Position numbers and translations under genes: made by a program. Under the pieces are notes generated by a model that was not told the origin of the DNA, made no database searches, and worked only from the letters and a program-made list of their open reading frames with translations. A DNA stretch of 64,000 nt from Nageia nagi (Eukaryota > Plantae > Pinophyta): NCBI GenBank assembly GCA_050084985.1, contig JBITNC010000002.1, forward strand, positions 33,914,001 through 33,978,000, read 5' to 3'. The first letter of the stretch is position 1; each line of letters opens with the position of its first letter. Shown in pieces: positions 1 through 12,575 of the stretch.

Positions 1-499
1 ATAAAATCTAACTATTTTCTATCATATCCAGGTCATATTTGTTAAATTCATAGCCAAATTCAAAGGTAAGTATACTAAATCCAATTTTTTACTTTCTAAA
101 GTATTTTTACAATAAATATTTAACATTTAATGGAAATAGAATATTTTTGCATGTATTTGATATTTTTATATTGAATTATAAAAATACAAAAAAAACCTCC
201 AAAATTGAATAAAAATAAAAATAAAACTAAATCTTAGGAACATGAAAACCCTAGACTCTAGATAAAAAACTAGGGTTTACAAAATTAAATCTAGGATTTG
301 AGAAAAAAGGACTAAGGTTTACAAAATTAAACTTAGGTTTGAAAAAAAAATTCAAAATTTGCAAATTAGGGTTTTAATTTTGTTGTAAAAATTTAAAATT
401 TTTGAAAATTCATTAAAATAAATACAAAAACATACCAAGAAATTCTTTAGCTCCTTTTTTTGGTCTTTGTTATATGGAAATTACCATATGACTCCATTT

Positions 500-1220
500 G
501 TGTAAAAGTTTAGGGTTAATACTAGTAAAAATTTAGGGTTAACTTTTGTAAAAAATTAGGGTAAAGGTTTGTAAAAATTTGGGGTTAATTTTTGTAAAAA
601 ATTAGTGTTGATTTCTATAAAAAATTACGGTTAATTTTAACTTAAAATGTAGGGTTAATTTTAACTTAAAATGTGGGTTAATTTTTAATTAAAATTTAAG
701 ATTAATTTTGACTTAAAATTTAATGCTAATTTTTGTAAAAAAATTAGGGTTAATTTTTGTTAAAAATTTAAGATTAATTTTTTTAAATTTAGGGTTAATT
801 TATGTTAAAATGTGGGGTTAATGTTTGTAAAAAATTAAGGTTAATTTTCATAGAAAATTAGGGTTAATTTTAACTTAAAATTTAAGGTTAATTTTTGTAA
901 AACTTTAGGGTTAATTTTTGTAAAAAATTAGGATTAATTTTTGTAAAAATTTAGCGTTAATTTTTGTAAAAAATTAGGGTTAATATTTATAAAAAATTAG
1001 GGTTAATTTTGTACAAAATTAAGGGTTAATTTTTGTAAAAAATTTAGGGTTAATTTTGTAAAAAATTAGGGTTATTTTTGTAAAAATTAAGTGTTGATTT
1101 TGTAAAAATTAAGGGTTAATTTTTGTAAAAAATTATGGTTAATTTTTGTAAAAAATTTAAGAATAAATTTTGTAAAAATTGAGGTTTAATTTTTGTAAAA
1201 AAATATGATTAATTTTTAGG
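500..1220 (+). repeat. Tandem array of 21-22 bp units (AAAA[A]TTAGGGTTAATTTTTGT) with a telomeric core
   Basis: About 30 degenerate copies read directly from the sequence. Each is a quasi-palindrome AAAATTA-GGGT-TAATTTT. Confidence 0.9.
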
Positions 1221-2306
1221 TGTTCAGTGTTTGGGTTAGGGTTTAAGGGTTAGAAGTTTAGGTTAGGATTTAAGGGTTAGGAGTTTGGGTTTAATTTTAA
1301 GGTTAAGAATTAAGATTTTTGGAGTTATATATGGTTAAGATTTAGGGGTTTGGATTAAGGGCTTGGGTTAGGGTTTGAGTTATGATTGAGAGTTAGGGTT
1401 TTATTTAACGTAACTTAAAATTTAATTTATAATTTAATTTAATTTTAAACATTTAATATTTTATTATTTATAAATTTTAAAAATATAATTCAAGTTAGGG
1501 GTTTAGGTTTAGGTGTTAGGTGTTTGGGTTAGGGTTTAAAGGTTTGGGTTAGAGTTTAAGGATTAAGGGTTTGGGTTCGAGTTTAGGGTTAATAATTAAG
1601 ATTTTTTGGAGTTATATATGGTTAGAATTTAGGGGTTTGGATTAAGGATTAAGGGTTTGGGTTAATATTTAATTAAGGGTTGGAGTTACGATTAGGAGTT
1701 AGGATTTTATTTTAACATAATTTAAAATTTCATTTATAATATAATTTAATTTTAAATTTTAAACATATTATTTATAAATTTTAAAAATATAATTCAAGTT
1801 ATTGGTTTAGGTTTAGGTGTTAAGTGTTTGGGTTAGGGTATAAAGGTTTAGGTTAGGGTTAGGGGTTGCGATACTTTAAGGGTTAGCATTTTGGATTAGG
1901 GTTTAAGGGTTTCAATTAGGATTTAAGGGTTAGGAGTTTGGGTTTGAGATTCAAGGTTAGGGCATTTTGGATTTGAGTCAAAAATTAGGGTTTAAGAGTT
2001 ATGGTTAGGAATTAAGGGTAAGGTTAGGATTTAAAGAATATTGTTAGGATTTATTAAGGATTATGGTTAGGGTCTAAGGGTTAGGAGTTTAAAGGTTAGG
2101 GGTTGGGGTTAGGGTTTAAGAGTTTAGGTTTGACTTAGGAGTTATGATTTAAGGGTTAAGGGTTTAGGTTTGAGTTGAGGGTTTATAATTTAAGTTAAGA
2201 TTTAGGGTTTAAGGATTAAGGGTTTGGGCATGAGTTGACAGTTAAGAATTAAGATATTAGAGGTTATATTTGGTTAGGATTTAGGGGCTAGTTAGGGGTT
2301 TGGGTT
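1221..2306 (+). repeat. Degenerate interstitial telomere-like array (TTTAGGG/TTAGGG variants)
   Basis: Dense GGGTTAGGGTTT(A) variants, G-rich on +, with a ~300-bp higher-order duplication (about 1230-1520 vs 1525-1830, including shared AT spacers). Confidence 0.9.
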
Positions 2307-2535
2307 ACTCATCAATATTGTTGTAACTTATTAACATAGCTTAAAAAAATAGACATGTTGCATTTACAAAGTTAACATCCTAAATTTCTTCCATCATATT
2401 CATATTGCAATGTGTCCCAATGAAAACCTTTATAAATTTAATATTGGCATACTATGTTAGGTTTATTAAATTGAATAGTTTTAAATTTTTTATACTAATA
2501 ATATTTTTTGTTATTATATTTATTTAGTGATTATC

Positions 2536-4170
2536 ATGGTCAAAATAGGAGGGAAAAGCAACCAAAACCTCCAAATTCAATTGCAAGCAAGAAGGGGTTT
2601 GTAAGTATTTATTTATGAATGTGACTTGTAATTTTTATTTAATAGTATTCATTTCAAAAGAAAAATTAACTTTATTTTTTTTTAACTTTTTAACAGAGTA
2701 TGATGATTCCCAAACTATATAAAATGGCACACACAATGGATGTAAAGGAGTGAGATTGATAGAGAAATTAATAGACAAATGGGCATTGGACCTTCATCTA
2801 CTAGGCCTTCTTGGCTTGCTACTACCATAGATTGACCATCATTGATGGCCTCATCACCAGATGGTAACATTATTTATTTTTTTAATTTTAAAAAATTGAT
2901 TAAAGTTACCTTTTATTAATTAAATGTTACATTCAATAAAGATAGTCTAAGTGATGTGGTAATTATCGATGTACAGTCAATCAATATGGAGACTGTATTT
3001 GCAACATGCAAAGGCACCAATGACGTTGAGATTAAGGTGGATGAGAAGGGTGTTGTAATTAAAGATCAAAAAGGTAAGAATTGATTTTTAAAAATATATA
3101 TTTATATATTTATTTTGGAATATATTAATTTACTAATATTATTAAATTCTCTTCAAGACATTTTTTTATGACACTCTCAAGAAATGCACTTTCCATCGAT
3201 TCAATCCCATCATAGATCTCGAGTGGAAAAAATAAAGTGAAATAGGTATATATATAATTTTTATGCTTAATTTTATACTTAATTTTTTTATAAATTATTA
3301 TTAATAGTACATTTTACTTATTTTTTAATTCTTTTTTAAAAAATTATCTATTTTGTAGCAAAACAAAGAGTCATAAATATCTTGAAAAGAGAATTTGGTG
3401 ATGCACGGAACCCAAAATGGGCATTGCAACAAATGGGCAAGAATTTGAATTGGAGGAGAGATAAAATAAGGAATACAATATAAAAAAATTCCTAAAAATC
3501 AATGTAAAGGAAGTAGGCCTATAGATGTTGAAAAGAAGGTGTGGAAGATACCGATGAAGAAGGTGGAGGAGAAGGAAGCACATAGAAAATCCACTATTGA
3601 ACCATTGTGGTTCGAAAAAGCCTCGCATGCCTGATACAACACATCTTCCATGACATATACCCATAAGTCAGGCAAATCGAGAAAAGTAGGGACTAAAACA
3701 AGATATGTAAGTATATTAAATTATTTATTTCATATTTTATGCATGAATAGTTATATAATTAAGTTATATACATAAAATATTATTTAAATAAATATGTATT
3801 TTTGTAATATGATAAATATGGTAGGTATCCTACAAAAGATGAAGTAAAATTTACAGTGAAAATTGGTTTTCAAGCACTAGTATTGAAAATACCTTTTGAG
3901 ATTATAAGTAATATTTAAATATTTTTTAATTAATTATATTATTTTAATATTGACTCATAAAATTTTTAATTTTTCTTATTTACTAATATTTAGCTAATTA
4001 TTCTTTGTAGGGTGAGGAGGGTCGATCGGAGGGTGGCCAAGAGGAGGGTGACCAAGAGGAGTGGTAAGTTTTGAGAATGAATGAAGATGATGAAGATGAA
4101 AATAGGCATGGTCATGATAGTGAATGATCCATTACCATGCATTTGTACACTAGGCATGGACATTTTTTGT
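2536..4170 (+). pseudogene. Decayed multi-exon gene inside the CACTA element (TnpA/ORF2-like by position)
   Basis: Purine-rich exon-like blocks alternate with ~80-115 bp AT-rich introns. GT donors at 2601, 2864, 3074, 3246, 3707; AG acceptors at 2696, 3157, 3358, 4010. Acidic G/E/D-rich last exon, many stops. Identity inferred from position only. Confidence 0.55.
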
Positions 4171-4414
4171 TGACTGATTGAGATTATACACATATGATTA
4201 TTAATTTAATGTGTTATATTATTACATAATGTGTTTTAAGTTTATTCTTATTATGCTTATATGTTTAAATTTTATTTTTTTTACTCTTAATTTATTATTT
4301 GAATTTATTTTGAATGTATCTTGAATGTATGTATATATTACATTTAATGTATTATACACTACACACAAAAAAGAAATAATAAGTAATAATAATTTTTTTT
4401 AAATATGATGCAAA

Positions 4415-4875
4415 AATTGATGCTTTATGAGTCAAGACCTTGACACTTTATGATTCAATACCTTGATGCTTTAGGAGTCAAGTTTTTGAAGTTTTAGGAT
4501 TCAATTTTTGATGTTTTATGATTCAAAACCTTGATGTTTTTTGAGTCATTACCTTGAGAGTTTTTGAGATATTACCTTGACACTTTATGAGTTAACTACT
4601 TGACTTGTTTGGATTCATTAAATTGATATTTTATGAGTCATTTTTTATGCTTTATGAGTCAAAACCTTGATAATTTTTGAGTCATTTTTTTGACATTTTG
4701 CACATCAGGGTTGATGCATTATGTGTCCCTACTATGATGCTTTGGATGATGAAGAAAAAAATTTGATGACATTTTGCTTGATGCATGGGTTGAAACTCCC
4801 CTTAACATCACATGAGGCATTAATTTGATGCCAAAAAAACTAAAAAAAATATATTGGTGTTTGACACATTGGATG
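4415..4875. repeat. CACTA subterminal repeats (~21-bp unit TTGATGCTTTATGAGTCAA)
   Basis: About 15-20 copies of a decayed palindrome (TTGAC...GTCAA) directly inside the TAGTG terminus. Confidence 0.8.
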
Positions 4876-7740
4876 ATACAAAATCATTTAAATGTAGTAG
4901 TGGCATTTACACATTTACCTTGAATGGAGACCATTTAAACTTCTTATCAAAATATTCCTTTTGCTTGATTTTCTTCTTTTCAATGGTTTCATTAGTTGCT
5001 TGGTGCATCTCTTCTAATTGTTGAAGATGCATTAATTTATTACCAATATATTATCCTTCATCCTTTATTTTCCTTGAAATAATTCATAAATTTGGAATAT
5101 AAAATTCAACAAGCAAAATAGGATCAATTACATCAGATAAATAGAATGGAGAATACTCAATTGATGTCTTTATTTTAACTCTATATACCTATCGTGATGC
5201 ATGAATCCTTTTATCTCATGTATGCACCTTCAATGTTGCATCCTTAACAAGGATCTAATGTAAAACATGATTAATCTATTCTATTTGACCTTTAGTGTTT
5301 GGTTTATGAGGGGTTGACTTTCTATACTTAATTACAAGTCAACTTATTAAATATTCTACTACCTCATTGATGAATTGAGTTCTTTGATATGTCACAATCC
5401 CTAATGGACATCTAAATCTTTTCACAATACACTTATACAAAAATCTTGCTAACTCCTCCATTGATTCTTCCTTCAATGGTATTAATTTTACTTATTTAGT
5501 CAAATTAATAATTTTTAGCCACAATAATATATTTATTTCACCTTGATGTAGGAGGCAGTGATCCTATAATATCAATTCCCCATTTCTTAAATAGTCCAAA
5601 GGGAAAAAAATGGGATATAACATTGCAAATGTTATTCTATGATTTCTATAAGATTGAAAAGCATCACAACTTTTACAATAATTGAAATAATATTTAAAAA
5701 GAGTAGGCTAGTAATAAGCTACATCCAATAGTCTTCTTGTTATCAATTAGCTAAAAAATTTCCCTCCAAATATACCTTCATGCATCTCTATTAATAAATC
5801 TTTACCTTGATCTTGTCTAATGACACAAAGATATTTTCCATTTATTCTAACTCTATAAAATACCCCATCCACAAGTGTATAGATTCTAATTCACTTGAGT
5901 AATTTTTTTTTTCTTGGATGTGGACCTCTCTTAAAACTTGAAGTCACTCAAATAATTTCAAAAATCAATGTACTTATTTGGAATCATCTCCATGGAAAAT
6001 AAAGTTACATCAGGAAAATCATCATCATCATAAGAAGATTTGATCCTCTCATATGCTCTAGATAATGCACAAGCATTGATATGCTTCTTGTCTAGTATAT
6101 CCATGATATCAAATATGTCTTCTTATAATAGGAATATCCACCTTGTAATCCTTCCCATAGGATTAGACTTATTAATGATATACTTCAAATCTTGATGATC
6201 AGTAACCATAGTGAAATTTTACCCTAATAAGTACTTTCTAACTTTCTTCAAATAAAAAAGTCTAAATAAAGCTTCTTTTTCAATAATTGTATAATTTACA
6301 TTAGTATTTCTCATTCATTAACTTCCAAAATGGATAGGATGATCATTTTCACCTTCATCTTTTTGAATGAGTGTACTACCTAGTGCCTTATTTTATGTAT
6401 TATTCTATACTATGAATGGTATACTCTAATTATAATTATTCAAAATAGCTATTATTTTCAATTCTTTATTCAACTCCTCAAATGCTTTTCTTGCTTCTTT
6501 TCCTGGTTCACATAGTATATCCTTCTTTAAAAATTAAGTCAATGGTCAATAAATCTTGGAGAAATTCTCAATAAATTTTTTGTAGTACCCAACATACCCC
6601 AAGAATAATATTATTTTTCTCTTATTCCCTATAAATTGAAGCTCTTTAATCTTATCCACTTTCTTTGGATATGTTTCAATCTTATTCTTAGATACATATC
6701 CCAAGAGTATTCCCTTCAAGCATCCAAAAATATATTTGGTTGGATTCAATGATGCTCTTTCTTATCTTAATCTTTCAAAATACTTATAAATTTTCCCCAA
6801 ATTATTTTCCTTTCATATATATAGAACTCATTTAGATAAACTCTAACGAATGTTCCAATATAGGGCTCAAAAATTTTATTCATAAGTCTCTAACATGTAC
6901 CAAGAGCATTACACAATCCAAAGGGCATTACTTGGTAAGCAAATGTACCCCATGGAGTGGTGAAAGTTATATTTAGTTGATCCTTATTTGTTATACAAGC
7001 TTGGTTATATATTTTGTAACCATCTACATAACTATAACAATCATATCCTGCCACTTCATCCAAAATGTGATCTAAAAAAGAAAGAGGATAATGATTTTTC
7101 TTTGTGAATTTATTTAAACTTTAAATAATCTACATATTATTATCTTCCCATTATTCTTTTTGGATAACACAATAGGAGGAACCCATCTTGAATTATCTAC
7201 ATAACATATATATCATGCATTTAAGAGCTTATTTATTTCCATTTTTATTTTTTTAGAGAAATTTGGATTCACCTTATAAGGCATATATTTAATGGTCTTA
7301 GTATTCTCTATCAATTCAATTGAATGTTCTACCCATGTTACTTGTTTTAACTTCACATAATCAAAAAGTGAATAGATTAATATACCTTCAAAAAAGTTGA
7401 AAATACTCTTCCTTATCATTTTGTAAATTGATTAGTAGATTCAATAGGTGAATTTGGAAATATATCCATCATCAAGACATCAACATCATCCTCATCTTTA
7501 GTATCTATATCACTATTACTTGTATAGCTTGAAGATTTCCATTCTTCGCTCTCAAACTTTGATATCTTTGAAATATGACTTAAGGGAAATACTAGAATTC
7601 TTACTTTATCTTATCATATTGTCATGCATCCCTCATTCCAATAGTTACAAGCATAAACTCTTCTTAAATATGGTTTTCTCAAAAGCATGGGATAAGCTAT
7701 TGAACAATCCTTCATAACATGAAAATCTACCAAAGATAAG

Positions 7741-10235
7741 TCATTTAGATAAGATAAGATAAGATAAGTCTTTTATAGTCATTTTAAACCCAAAGATTTA
7801 TAGGACTTATAAAAAATTATTTTGATAAGAAAAGAAAGAATATGTATCAACTAAGTATTTGAATGATTATTTATCATATAATTAAGTCATATAATAAAAT
7901 TACCAAGCTTATTTTGATTCTCTTGGATTAAGAAGCAATGGAGTAAGTTGTAATCACAAATACCTTTGTAGGTTTCTTTTATGTCTTTGTAGAGTGGACA
8001 AACAAAAAAAGAGAAAATGATATCTTATATGGCATATAGGTTACAAATTTTACAAATTATTTTATCCCAAGGTATTTTTGTTAATGTCCATATATCAGTT
8101 TCACTATGAAGTTCATGTAAATTAGTTCTTAATTTAGCAATCACAACTTTATTTTTGAAATTAATAATATTATATGGATATGAAGAATGTTTAAGTTTTG
8201 GATTCATAATATTTTAAGAGTTTTTTTTTACAAAATTTTGAATTACTTTATTTGCAATTTGCACTTCTAATTTTTTGCTACCAGAAAGGATGATGTTGTT
8301 ATTTATACCCCTAAAATAAAACTATTTAGCAAAGTCTTTCAGCCAACCTCTTTTAAGACACTGATGAGTTGGGCCAATTTTTTGGGAAACTATATGTAAT
8401 CTAAGGTGATATACTTTTGAAACCTTATAATTATATAATATAAATTGTTTTAAGGCTCCACTTTCAATAGGAAGTAACCCAATTTACATTAGAAGTATAA
8501 TATATGGTATGTTATTATTAATTTTGAATTTATAAAGGATAAATTATTTTTGAATTTGCTCAATTTTATTTCGAGTTTGTTAGGAAATAATTCCATCCTA
8601 GACTTTGCAATCATAATACTAGAGCTACAAGCCAAGAAAAAAGAGTTTTCTTTTTATCCATGTTCCAAAGTCCTACATCTTTACACTTATTTACCAAGCC
8701 ATAGAAAGTTTTACACCTAGAAGAGATTCTTTTTGCAACACTTAAGATCCAATTTAGTTTATGATGTATGTCAATACTTAAGTATTTATAAGAGTAGACT
8801 ATTGCTAAAGGTTGATTATTAAAGAGGATTATAGGGTGAGATACCTTTTAGATTTAATGATCACAATTTTAATTTTATCTATATTAATGGTTAATTTGAA
8901 TATGTTGCAAAATGTTTAAAGGATATTTAATTATTTTACAAGATCGTAATAATGTCAAGCTAACAATACAATATCATTTGTGTAAATAAAAAGAAAAATA
9001 ATAATGTTATGAAGGTTGATACCTGTACATCTAACTTTTTCGAAAAAAATTCTAGTTAATCTATAACAATATCAAAAAAAGTAGGGGAAAGTAGACAACC
9101 TTATTTATCTTTAATCTTTCAACTAATTTCCTTAGACCATCCTTGATTAGTTTTATGTTTGGTAATAACTTGTTCATAAAGTTTATAAACAAGGAATATT
9201 AGTTCAAAAGGTAAGTCTAAGTTAGCCATTATTGCAGGCAATGGAGAACACAACCATACCAAACCCTTGAGGTTACATTATACCGATCAACAGTAGAAGA
9301 TCAACAACCATATGTTTTAATATTTTACACCTAGGAGCAGTATCAAATAATTTTTTAAAATCTATAAAGTAACCAAATAAATATTTTTTTATCATTTTGA
9401 TAGGTTTTAACAATAACTTGAAAAGTGAAGAGGTGATCAATTATTGAATGTTTACTTCTAAAATTGGCTTGCCCTTTAGCTCTTAAATTATTGTCATTAA
9501 GCCAAATATTAATTTTATTTTTTTATAATACTACCATAGAGTTTGACAAGAAGAGAACTTATCATAATAGTTATCTAATTTGAAGGGTTGCTTTTATCTC
9601 TAATTTTATAAATAGGAATGATTAAAATAACAGTCCATTGCTAATCCTTCTTTAAGAGAAGTGTTGAAAAGGGTTTGGATATGGGAAGCAAGGATAGAGC
9701 TACCAATATTCGAAACTTTTGCTTAATAACCTTCTATGTCTTTGGCCTTTCCATTTGATAACCTTTTAATTCCATATTTAATATCATTTAAATAGAACAC
9801 ATTCTTTAGGTTGAAATAAGATGCAAACTCTTGAAAATATTCTTCTAATTTTAGAGGGGAACTATGCTAATTTTTAGGTAGCAATTCCAACTATTTAAGT
9901 CAATTTGAGATTCAACTATGATTTTTCTACGTAAAATTATTTTCCAAAACTATTTTGTATTATGTTTATACAAATCTAAAAAAAATTCTTCTTGATGATT
10001 AAGAAATAATTGCTTCTTATATTTAAGTAATATTTTATATTGTTTATCTATATCATTTAGATTAATTTTAATATTTTTTTCTAGTAATTTTGCATCCCAT
10101 GTCACACGATCTATTTGAAATAACTTCTTTTGGTTTTGTTTTACCCTTATTTAATGACCTCAAATGTAATGTAGACTCATAATTAATTTTTAGACAACAT
10201 ATTCATAATATAAATTGTTATAATATTTACAACAA
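7741..10235 (-). mobile_element. 5'-truncated non-L1 LINE (RTEX/L2-like) nested in the gypsy element
   Basis: RT motif GCLLSPTFF (~9075-9105); C-terminal AKLRTNLHELHSET..W...ICKICNL (ORF 8025-8207); 3' end in a (CTTAT)n microsatellite at 7747-7768 rather than poly(A). Confidence 0.75.
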
Positions 10236-11478
10236 CATCTCCATCTAATACTACATTAGGGATAAACAAACTACTACAAAGCACCTCAACTTGGTGAGCA
10301 TATGGATCCACTTCTAGTTCTAGGATAGGAACATCCACTTGCTTCTTCTTACATGCATTGAGTCTATTTCACAAGTCTCTTCTCTTCTCAAAAGAGAATG
10401 CTAACAATTGACCATATGTAATATTGGTAGGATGTAAAAATAGATCCTCCAAAATTAAATAAGATACTTGGTATTAAATAAGATACTTGGCCATGGGATA
10501 TTGAAAATTCTTTTTACCTTATCCTATTTTGTCTTCTTAGCCTCTTGTTCTCACTCATTTACATACTTTGTGATAAGAAAATTAAACTCTTATTCTTTCA
10601 CCACATCTATAGGTACCTTTCCCTTTTTATCCTTTATTCTTGAAGTTTATGGCTTACTCAAATAATTAGTCTTGTAGTGCCCCTTGTTCCCACATTTATA
10701 ACATGTGATATCTATTGCATTCTTTTTAATACCATGATATTTTCCTTAGGGATGTTGTGGTACCATAACTTTCTTCCCTTAGAGAAGATTAATAGCCAAT
10801 TATCCCATTTTACAAATCAAATCATCATATTATGTTAAAGAGATAGAAATGAGTGATGTACCAAATGCCAAAGGCTTTGTAATAGCACTTGGTGATGAAG
10901 GAACTATCATTTCTTCATTTTATTCCCCCATACTTTCCTCTTATATTTTCATTATCTGCTTAGCTTGTTCCATAGTGGTAGTTCTTTCGTACTTCACCCT
11001 TTATTGAATATCTTGCCTCATCTTAGAGATAAAGTGCTTTAGAAGTAGTCTATCAACAACATCGATGAATTCATCACCAAGATTATATTTTTGAACTTGT
11101 ACCTTAATCATCCTCCTCAATTCTTATGATTGAGCATAGTAGTTTCTAATCATCTCATTTTCTCCTTTGCCCATCTTGTTGATCTCAATCATGAGGACAA
11201 AGTACTTTTGGCCCAAACTCTTGAAGAAATCTCTCTTGAACTTGATCCCAAGAATTTTACATAGCTTCCTTTTGTGTGTTGTCTTATCGATGAGTTTTGC
11301 CATCTAAGAAGATAGGAATAAATTCCACCCATTGTGCCTTCACAATCGATTCATTGCAAATGCATGTTCTCTTGAACTCTTTCAAAAATGTTTGAGCATC
11401 TTCATGATATTGAAAAATGAAAACATGAATTTTATGCATGATAACAAAAATAATCTTGTAATTATAAGATTAACATTA

Positions 11479-12465
11479 GGGTAAGTTCAAGAAGATAAGT
11501 CCCACTTTTGGCCAAAAAGGGGAAGTGTTTTCCCTGATTTTGAGGTTTGCTCATACTTGATCTCAAAAGTTGAAGCACTTGGATTTCGATTCTTGAAAAA
11601 GGTCACTTAAGTAAAAATGTAGTTCTCGAAGTATAATTTTCAAATATGTAATTTATTCTAATACTGAGATGATAGAAATTAATATTTGGTAGGCATGTTT
11701 AAAATCCATTGTTTAAAAAATACAATTTCAAGACCATACCCCCATTGTGTCCAGCAAGCATAATTGGACCTAAATTAAAATATATTTTAAAATCCTTTTG
11801 GGTAAAGATACCTAAGACACTAGATATTGTGGAGGATATTTTTATGTAATTTTTTCAAGAATATTTTATTTTTTATAATTTTTTTATTAACCATGATTAT
11901 CATTTCGAAAATTACTCATGTTTGACAAGCATAATTTGACCTAAATTTATCATTTTTAATTTTTTTTAATATTATGAAGAACTATATGCAGATTGTGCAC
12001 ATATATTATTTTTGTCACAATTCCAACAAAATAAAAAGTTATTAAATAAATACAAAACCCATTGTTTAAAAAATATAGTTTCAGGACCATACCCATCATG
12101 TCCATCAAGCAATTAGATCTAAATTAAAATATTTTTTTAAATCCTTTTGGTTAAAGATACCTAAGATAGTAAATATTGTGGAGGATATTTTTGTGTATTT
12201 TTTTAGTGAATATTTTATTCTTTATTAATTTTTTATTGGCCATTAGTATTGTTTCAAAAAATACTTGTGTCCAACAAGCATAATTTGAATAAAATTTGTC
12301 ATTTTAATTTATATTTTATTTAACTTGTGAAGAATTGTATGCAAATTATGCACATATGTTATTTTTTCATAATTCCAAAAAAATAAAAAGTTATTAAACA
12401 AATACAAAAACCTAGCAGTTCATAAGACTTCCTCCAAAGTGGGACTTCTCTTCTTACACTTGCCC
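11479..12465. mobile_element. Non-autonomous TIR DNA transposon (~1 kb), 4-bp TSD ATTA
   Basis: ~32-bp TIR GGGTAAGTTCAAGAAGATAAGTCCCACTTTTGG / CCAAAGTGGGACTTCTCTTCTTACACTTGCCC. ATTA at 11475-78 and 12466-69. Internal ~355-bp tandem duplication (11701-12054 vs 12055-12410). No ORF. Confidence 0.85.
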
Positions 12466-12575
12466 ATTAATGAGGAATGGTCCTAACAACATAATAAAAA
12501 ATGTCAACTATTTTAATATACAAGGAATTATACTAGCAAGCCAGGCCTTCCTCTTCCAATTATCTTTCATCTTGA

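Larger units (their letters stand above)
1..4902 (+). mobile_element. Right portion of a CACTA (En/Spm) DNA transposon, degenerate
   Basis: Ends in ...AATGTAGTAGTG at 4902 (reverse complement CACTACTACATT), preceded by ~450 bp of palindromic subterminal repeats. Sequence switches abruptly to gypsy integrase immediately after. Left end lies outside the window. Confidence 0.75.
4903..12570 (-). mobile_element. Degenerate non-chromovirus Ty3/gypsy retrotransposon (gag-RT-RH-INT), interrupted by nested insertions
   Basis: Minus-strand translation: integrase FKKWGIDIIGSLPP (~5560-5600), RNase H (~6100-6400), RT TPWGTFAYQVMPFGLCNA (~6905-6960), gag zinc knuckle CYKCGNKGHYK (~10673-10705), gag (~10900-11450). 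Domain order RT-RH-INT is gypsy. Confidence 0.85.

Noticed and set aside
434-496. Minus-strand ATG mini-exon with GTATG donor diverging from the telomeric array
   Set aside because: Too short, contains a stop, and no downstream exon can be supported.
1221-2306. True chromosome end/telomere
   Set aside because: Repeats are highly degenerate, internal, and followed by transposon sequence.
4415-4875. CRISPR-like palindromic repeat array
   Set aside because: No unique spacers, eukaryotic context, and adjacent to a CACTA terminus, so these are subterminal repeats.
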